Positions 58,025 through 64,000 of a stretch of DNA of 64,000 bases are shown here, one piece after another. The notes beneath the pieces were generated by a model. The model saw only the letters and a program-made list of their open reading frames with translations, was not told the DNA's origin and made no database searches. Source of the stretch: Candidatus Latescibacterota bacterium (lineage in GTDB: Bacteria; Latescibacterota; UBA2968); contig OZ220741.1 in NCBI GenBank assembly GCA_965116885.1, positions 2,304,001 through 2,368,000 of the forward strand, written 5' to 3'. Within the stretch, counting starts at the first letter, position 1, and every line of letters begins with the position of its first letter. Made by a program: the position numbers and the translations under genes.

Positions 58025-58076
58025 GTTGGGTGGCTGGGTGGGGTTCGTCTATTCGTCTATTCGTCTATTTGTTTTT

Positions 58077-58907
58077 TTATCTCCGGATTTCAGTAAACCG
58101 CTTGACTTGAGCCGTCATCGCCACTTCCGTGGGCAGGCGTTCCATTGAGCTGGCGCCGTAGAATCCATCGACTTCGGGAACTCGTTCGAGTATGTAAGCA
58201 GCGTCTTCTGGTTCGGCAATTGGCCCCCCGTGGCAAAGTGTGATGACATCGTCCCGGATTGTTTTGCAGGCATTGCAAATGGCATTTACTTCTTCCACGC
58301 AGTCGTCGAGGGTTTTTGCGGTGTGTGCGCCGATGGTGCCCTTGGTTGTCAATCCCATGTGCGCCACCACGATATCGGCGCCTGCTTCTGTCATGAGTTG
58401 TCCTTCTTGGACATTGAACGCATAGGGCGTTGTGAGCATGTCCATTTCATGGGCAGCCGCGATCATTTCTACTTCGAGGTGGTAGCCCATTCCGGTTTCT
58501 TCCAGATTGGCGCGAAATAATCCATCGATAAGTCCTACGGTTGGAAAATTTTGGATTCCCGCGAAGCCCAGGTCTCTCAATTCCCGCAAGAAGTGATCCC
58601 GCAACATGAATGGATCTGTCCCGTTCACCCCGGCGAGTACGGGTGTGTGTTCTACTGCTGTGATGACTTCATAAGCCATTTCTTTTACGATTTCGTTGGC
58701 ATTGCCATAGGCCAGGACGCCCGAGAGCGATCCCCGCCCCGCCATGCGATAGCGTCCCGAGTTGTAAATTACGATTAGATCAATGCCGCCCGCTTCTTCG
58801 CATTTTGCCGAGATTCCCGTGCCAGCACCACCGCCGATGATCGGCAGTCCATCTGCAATTTTTTTCTGCAAGCGTTCTAATATTGATGTTCGGCTCTCTG
58901 CTGCCAT
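58077..58907 (-). CDS. PEP-hydrolase-like TIM-barrel protein (Tm-1 C-terminal-type domain)
   Basis: [56 protein letters not shown]. Confidence 0.92.
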   Translation of the reverse strand: MAAESRTSILERLQKKIADGLPIIGGGAGTGISAKCEEAGGIDLIVIYNSGRYRMAGRGSLSGVLAYGNANEIVKEMAYEVITAVEHTPVLAGVNGTDPFMLRDHFLRELRDLGFAGIQNFPTVGLIDGLFRANLEETGMGYHLEVEMIAAAHEMDMLTTPYAFNVQEGQLMTEAGADIVVAHMGLTTKGTIGAHTAKTLDDCVEEVNAICNACKTIRDDVITLCHGGPIAEPEDAAYILERVPEVDGFYGASSMERLPTEVAMTAQVKRFTEIRR

Positions 58908-58924
58908 TGTTGTCTCCTTGTGGT

Positions 58925-60133
58925 TTACCGTATTTCCTGGAAACTCGCCACCAGTGCTGCTGCAAATTCCGGGTCGTTGATATTGTTCGCCAGCCGTTTG
59001 ATCTGGCGATTTTCCGTTTGTTCGATTTGTGCTTCCAGAGTTTCAAATAATGCCTTATCTGCATCTGGGTCGTGAAAGGGTTGTCCTTCGTCATCGATTA
59101 ACGATACGCCGTTTTCCGGAATTAGTATTTGAATTGGCACTGTTGATCGGTTCAATTTGTTCGCTATCCATTCGGCAAATTGGCGGTTTTCGTCCGCTGT
59201 CGTCCGCATCAATGTGACCTGTGCGTTGTGTACGTGAAGTGTGCGGTTTTTAAATTGTTCGGGTACGGTTTCCTCCGCGCCAAAATTTACCATGTCGAGC
59301 GCACCCAGGCTTACGACATAAGGTATTTCGCGGGCGAGGATGCAATCCATTCGCTCAGGTCCGGCGGGGAAGACGCCGCCCACGACTTCATCGGCTACTT
59401 CGGTTGTGGTGATATCCAGAACGCCGTCGATCATCCCGCTTTCGACCAGTTTTTCCATTGCCTGTCCACCTGTCCCTGTGGCGTGAAAGACCAGGCAGTC
59501 ATATCCGTCTTTTTCCAGTGCTTCGCGGACCATGGTTACACACGGCGTTGTTACGCCAAACATGGTCATTCCAAGCGTGGGTTTGTCTTCGGCTTCTGCA
59601 ACGGTGTTTACGACCATTCCCGCTATTGCATGCGCTGCATTGCCCAGTACTTGCCGCGATACGCGGTTGATTCCGGCTACATCTACTACGGAGTACATCA
59701 TCGCTATGTCGCAACACCCCACATAAGGTTCGGTGTTGCCACTGGCGACGGTGGATACCATGACTTTGGGTACGCCAATGGGCAATGCCTGCATTGCCGG
59801 TGTGATGAGTGCTGTGCCCCCGCTGCCTCCTATGCCAATAATACCCGCTACGTCGCCTTTGGCGTATTCTTGCAGCAAGTAGGCACACAGTGCTTCTCCC
59901 ATCGCTGTGACGGCTTCGCCCCGGTCCGTGTGTCCGATTACGGCGCCCGTTCCGCCCGCGTGACAGGCGGCTATGGTTTCCCGCGATATATCCGGCACGC
60001 CGCCCTGTGCGTCGCTCTGTGTGCCTACATCTACGACTGTGACCTCGGCGCCCGCGTTTCGGATGCATTCGGCGACATACCCGATTTCTTCACCTTTGGT
60101 ATCCATTGTCGCTATTGCGTATATACTGCCCAT
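58925..60133 (-). CDS. Tm-1-like ATP-binding domain protein (UPF0261)
   Basis: [51 protein letters not shown]. Confidence 0.92.
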   Translation of the reverse strand: MGSIYAIATMDTKGEEIGYVAECIRNAGAEVTVVDVGTQSDAQGGVPDISRETIAACHAGGTGAVIGHTDRGEAVTAMGEALCAYLLQEYAKGDVAGIIGIGGSGGTALITPAMQALPIGVPKVMVSTVASGNTEPYVGCCDIAMMYSVVDVAGINRVSRQVLGNAAHAIAGMVVNTVAEAEDKPTLGMTMFGVTTPCVTMVREALEKDGYDCLVFHATGTGGQAMEKLVESGMIDGVLDITTTEVADEVVGGVFPAGPERMDCILAREIPYVVSLGALDMVNFGAEETVPEQFKNRTLHVHNAQVTLMRTTADENRQFAEWIANKLNRSTVPIQILIPENGVSLIDDEGQPFHDPDADKALFETLEAQIEQTENRQIKRLANNINDPEFAAALVASFQEIR

Positions 60134-60163
60134 TATACCCTCCATTATTTAACGAGTTGCTTT

Positions 60164-61954
60164 TTAATTGTTGTTCCATCGTATATTACCCGGTTCGGGA
60201 GAAGATAGCAATATCATTCCCTGCCTGCGCGCCCAAATGTGCGCGGCTTTGGCGAGTACGGGGTGATCGGCATTTAGATATGTTAGAGCCATTTCCTCAG
60301 TGCCGTATTGATGCAGGGCCTGGACGAGCAGAGGTTCTGATTCGGATATCCCGTTTCGGATGAAAAAAGCGTGCGCGGCTGCTACGATCAGGGTGCGTTT
60401 CTGTTCCGTGGCTTGCAGGAGTTTTTGGCGCGCCCTCGGCGTGGCGATCTCTCCCAGAGCTTCGGCAGAGCGCCATTGTACTTCTGGCTCGGGATGGTCG
60501 ATGTGTTCCAGAAAATAGGTTTCTATTCGCAGAGTCGCTTCTCGTTCCCGCCAGTTGGTATCCAGGCGGTCCAGCACCCGCACCATTCGCCGCGCCCATA
60601 TCCGTCCTTTTCCGATAATCGAGATGAGGGAATCCGCCACGGACGCATCGCCGATTGATCCCAGGGCATCGGCCGCTGCCCAGCGCACTTCGGCTGACTG
60701 ATCGTTCAGCGTTTTCAACAGGGGAACGATGGCACCGCGGTCTCCAATTTCTCCCAAAGCCTCGGTTGCAATGCGTCGGACCTGTACCGATGTATCGTCT
60801 AACTGCTCAGTTAGCAAAGCTGTTGCACGGGGGTCCTTCAGTACACCCAGAGTTTGTATCGTTCCCAGGCGAAATACGCCTTGTTCTGTATTGGACAGGA
60901 TGGTCATGAGTGGTTCGACGGCGCGTTTATCGCGGAGTTCGCCCAGTGCCAGTGCAGCGGCTGAAACAATGCCGGGATCACGATGTTCGAGGGCTTCTAC
61001 CAGTGGTTCGACGGCGCGTTTATCGCGGAGTTCGCCCAGTGCTTTTATGGCGATGTACTGCACCTGGATATTCGGATCTTTTAGTGCCTCCAGTAAAGAC
61101 GGAACGACCCGGGCGTCTCCGACCTGTCCCAGAGCCTCAATAGCCTGCATCCGTGCGATCAGGTCTCCGGTCGCCAGTTGTGCGACAAAAAAGTCCATGG
61201 TAGTACCCGCACGCGTTTTCCATTCGGCATCCATTTCCGATAGTACCTGAACTACCTGGTAGCGCGATTGGTTTGGTGCCTTCAATCCGTCAATCAGCCG
61301 ATTGATCGCTTCTTCAGCAGGTGCAGAAGTTTGCCAGGACGGATCTATGGTGTTGAGTGCCCATACCATTACCCGGCGCAGTTCTCTGTCCGCCTGTGGC
61401 AGAGCCTCAATCAGGGGTGCCAGGGCCTGTTGACTTTTTGTGCGGGCGAGGGTCAGTGCGGCTACCCACCGCACGTCGCGTGCCCTATCGGTTAGCGCTG
61501 TGGTCAGTGCCTGAACGGATCGGTCACCACCTGCGGTACCCAGACTTTGAATTGCGCCCAGGCTCAGGGGCCCTTCTCGCTCTTGCGCGATCCGCAGCAA
61601 GGTCTCCACAGCCTTTTCGCTTCCGATATTGCCCAGGGCTTCGACCACGGTCAGACCCACCATGACATTTGGGTCGCGAACAATCGCAATCAGCGAATCC
61701 ACTGCCTGTCGATCTCCCAATTTGCCCAGGGCTTCGCTTGCGGCCAATCTCACCTGTGCATCTCGGTCTTTAAGGGTTTGGATGAGGGCTGGGACAGCAC
61801 GCCGGTCACCTATTTCCCCTATCTGTATCGCTGCGCGGGCGCGATCCGCAGCATTGGGGTGATTTAGATATTGTATCCAGTCGTCGGCTTTGGACGCGCA
61901 GCCTGCGGTAAGCAAGCCCAGAATAATTAGCCATAAACCGCTTTTAGTGATCAC
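60164..61954 (-). CDS. HEAT (PBS-lyase) repeat lipoprotein
   Basis: Lipobox LTAGC; many ~31-aa repeats VR..A..ALG.LGD.RAV.PL. Confidence 0.92.
   Translation of the reverse strand: MITKSGLWLIILGLLTAGCASKADDWIQYLNHPNAADRARAAIQIGEIGDRRAVPALIQTLKDRDAQVRLAASEALGKLGDRQAVDSLIAIVRDPNVMVGLTVVEALGNIGSEKAVETLLRIAQEREGPLSLGAIQSLGTAGGDRSVQALTTALTDRARDVRWVAALTLARTKSQQALAPLIEALPQADRELRRVMVWALNTIDPSWQTSAPAEEAINRLIDGLKAPNQSRYQVVQVLSEMDAEWKTRAGTTMDFFVAQLATGDLIARMQAIEALGQVGDARVVPSLLEALKDPNIQVQYIAIKALGELRDKRAVEPLVEALEHRDPGIVSAAALALGELRDKRAVEPLMTILSNTEQGVFRLGTIQTLGVLKDPRATALLTEQLDDTSVQVRRIATEALGEIGDRGAIVPLLKTLNDQSAEVRWAAADALGSIGDASVADSLISIIGKGRIWARRMVRVLDRLDTNWREREATLRIETYFLEHIDHPEPEVQWRSAEALGEIATPRARQKLLQATEQKRTLIVAAAHAFFIRNGISESEPLLVQALHQYGTEEMALTYLNADHPVLAKAAHIWARRQGMILLSSPEPGNIRWNNN
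60909..61042. repeat. Identical 41-nt intragenic direct repeat
   Basis: AGTGGTTCGACGGCGCGTTTATCGCGGAGTTCGCCCAGTGC at 60909-60949 and 61002-61042; period 93 nt = one HEAT unit. Confidence 0.9.
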
Positions 61955-61987
61955 ATACGTCTCCTGAGAAAGGCTTTGTGTCTTATG

Positions 61988-62016
61988 TTGACAGCGACTA
62001 TCCGCTGCGGTATCAT
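61988..62016 (+). promoter_or_regulatory. Sigma70-type promoter
   Basis: TTGACA-N17-TATCAT, 39 nt upstream of ATG 62056. Confidence 0.65.
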
Positions 62017-62055
62017 TGGGTATTCACAAACTGTTTGTCGATGGGGAATGCGTTC

Positions 62056-63048
62056 ATGAATCGGTTCTTACAGATTTGGTTGGTCTGTTTCGCGGTCGCC
62101 TGCGGTTCGTCCGATAAGGGTCTCCAGCCCGAAGATATCCCTGTTTTATCTGAGGGCGATATTTTGCTCACAGATGCCGCCCAGCGCGCGCTGTTTCGCA
62201 TCCATCCCGGTACGGGAGATCGCACCGTTGTCACCGACCGCATCGGCGGTGTTCCCCGACAGATCGCCCGGGATGCCAATGGCGACCTTCTGATGACGCT
62301 CTCTGGAAGCGGTCTGCCCATTGTCCTGCGGTTCGATGTCCGAACGGCCGATCTTTTTATTGTGTCTTCAAGTGGTAGCCCCGTTGATCCCAATGTTCCG
62401 ATCATCGGTTCAGGTCCCGCGTTTTTGGGACCGGTCGGTCTGGTGCGAGAATCATCTGGACAACTCATAGTCGGCGATCAGCCATCTGCTACTATTTTTC
62501 GCGTTGATCCCAATAGTGGCGACCGCGCGGTTGTCTCTGGTCCCAGCCGGGGCGATGGACCCCCCTTTACTGGCCGTATCAAGCAGTTTGCCCTGGAGGC
62601 CGATGGCAATCTCCTATTGGTGGTTGGCTCAGTTTCGCAGGGGGGCGAGGGACGTATTTTTCGCATTGATCCCAACAGTGGAGATCGCGCGGTTGTCTCT
62701 GGTCCAGAAATGGGTGAGGGACCCCGATTGATGGATCCGGAAGGCATTGTTCTGAGTACCCTTAACACCATTTTTGTCACGGATATCGGTCAGGCAGCTG
62801 TTATTCAAATCGATCCTATCAGTGGCGACCGCACCATCATTTCAAGCCCTTTTATGGGTGGGGGTGAATTGCCCGATATTCCCTCTGGTCTCGCTTTTAA
62901 TACGCTCGATCAACTCCTGGTGGCAGATCGCACCGTTATCTACCGCGTGGATATCGATACTGGTGATCGCACGGTTATTTCGGCTCCCGTCATTGGTCAG
63001 GGCGAACCTTTTCTGGTGGCGGATGATATTTTTGTGATTAAGAATTGA
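62056..63048 (+). CDS. NHL-like beta-propeller repeat lipoprotein
   Basis: Lipobox AVAC; five clear R(I/V)D..(S/T)GDR.(V/I)(V/I)-type repeats plus one degenerate. Confidence 0.8.
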   Translation: MNRFLQIWLVCFAVACGSSDKGLQPEDIPVLSEGDILLTDAAQRALFRIHPGTGDRTVVTDRIGGVPRQIARDANGDLLMTLSGSGLPIVLRFDVRTADLFIVSSSGSPVDPNVPIIGSGPAFLGPVGLVRESSGQLIVGDQPSATIFRVDPNSGDRAVVSGPSRGDGPPFTGRIKQFALEADGNLLLVVGSVSQGGEGRIFRIDPNSGDRAVVSGPEMGEGPRLMDPEGIVLSTLNTIFVTDIGQAAVIQIDPISGDRTIISSPFMGGGELPDIPSGLAFNTLDQLLVADRTVIYRVDIDTGDRTVISAPVIGQGEPFLVADDIFVIKN

Positions 63049-63049
63049 T

Positions 63050-64000
63050 TTATCTGGCCTTTTTGTTCTGAATCATTTTCAGGCCCTGCCGTGCGTCCGG
63101 ATGGGTCGGGTCGATTTGAACCGCGCGTTCGAAATACACCTGTGCCGAGTCTGCTCGGCCCTGATTGAGCAATAGCGTTCCCAACCTCACATGGCCGTCG
63201 TAGAACCGGGGTGACAGCTCGATTGAGCGGCGAAATGCCGCTTCTGCACCCGCCGTATCCCGGAATCTTTCCAGAGCCATTCCCAGGTCGTAATGCGCCG
63301 TGAAAAGCGTGGGTTCCAGGTCGAGGGCTTTTCGAAACTGGGCAATGGCAAGGCCGAGAAATCCCCGCCGCTCCAGTGCATATCCGATTTGTAAATAGGC
63401 TTCTACATCTCCGGGAGCCAGCGCGTCGGCTGCTGCTTGCTCTCGTGCGGCCAGGTCCATCCGACCATTTCCCGCGTGGCGCGCCGCCCGCTCCAGGTGC
63501 ATCATATAGACTTCGCACTGCCGGCTCAATGCCACTCCCGAGCGATAAACGCCCAATCCGATGCCCACAAATAATGCGATCACGCCGATGCGGAAAAGCC
63601 ATTGTCTGCCCCACCAGGCACGGCCCTGCAGGAATAAGACCGCAGCTACCGGTGATGTGACAAAACCTGTACCGAATCCTTCAGCTATCCAGGCGACAAT
63701 CGCAGAGGCCAGAATATAGGGCATGGATACTTTTGGCAATGCCATTAGGCATAGCAGGGCGAGGGGGATCAGCGAAATTAGCAGGTCTGGTCGTCCGCCA
63801 ATGCCCACCTGCGCCACGACCATTACCGCAGTGAACAGGCCTATGCACACCCACATCAATGCGTGCCGCGACCTGTGCTTGCTTTCGGCTGTTTCCACAG
63901 TTGTTGAGCCTGCACCGGTCAGTGCCAGAACGCCCAGAGCCAGGATGCTTATCCAGTGCCAGAGTACAAAGGGTTGCGTGGGCACCGCGCGTGAAATTGG
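63050..64000 (-). CDS. Membrane protein with C-terminal TPR repeats, 5'-truncated by window edge
   Basis: Hydrophobic helices then A...F..AL.L.P....A.Y.LG TPR units; frame open to 64000. Confidence 0.8.
   Translation of the reverse strand, partial: PISRAVPTQPFVLWHWISILALGVLALTGAGSTTVETAESKHRSRHALMWVCIGLFTAVMVVAQVGIGGRPDLLISLIPLALLCLMALPKVSMPYILASAIVAWIAEGFGTGFVTSPVAAVLFLQGRAWWGRQWLFRIGVIALFVGIGLGVYRSGVALSRQCEVYMMHLERAARHAGNGRMDLAAREQAAADALAPGDVEAYLQIGYALERRGFLGLAIAQFRKALDLEPTLFTAHYDLGMALERFRDTAGAEAAFRRSIELSPRFYDGHVRLGTLLLNQGRADSAQVYFERAVQIDPTHPDARQGLKMIQNKKAR

Noticed and set aside
57925..58067. Possible mini CRISPR array
   Set aside because: Two abutting imperfect units, no spacers and no cas genes.

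Overview
Gene-dense bacterial chromosomal segment of moderate GC with about 58 supportable CDSs, two of them truncated by the window ends. I saw no rRNA, tRNA, CRISPR array, transposase or integrase. Housekeeping genes (truC, FKBP PPIase, pyrH, purD, purE, glcB, coaX, trmB) are mixed with many catabolic genes: a sulfatase, three Gfo/Idh/MocA oxidoreductases, two PhyH-type dioxygenases, heparinase II/III-like, DUF4038 and glycogen-debranching enzymes, polyamine-type and osmolyte ABC transporters, and HEAT, beta-propeller and TPR repeat proteins. This repertoire plus a C-terminal 'DxDxDGTIxxSDFLLF' tag suggests a Latescibacterota/Gemmatimonadota/Poribacteria-like organism, possibly host-associated (inference only). 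Best candidate for an undescribed system: a three-gene operon at 14283-18003 encoding a MoxR-type AAA+ ATPase with a 6-Cys insert, a stand-alone GXGXG beta-helix protein, and a vWA protein with a degenerate zincin motif (HGVGH). Other notable items: a duplicated polyamine-type binding protein with a compensated micro-frameshift, a trmB + DUF523-DUF1722 (tRNA writer/eraser) pair, a PhyH-Nudix-like fusion, an epimerase/GHMP kinase/double-cytidylyltransferase operon, a PcfJ-C45 pair, a split Tm-1 pair, and several small intergenic palindromes and repeats. All family calls are by motif recognition; no searches were run.
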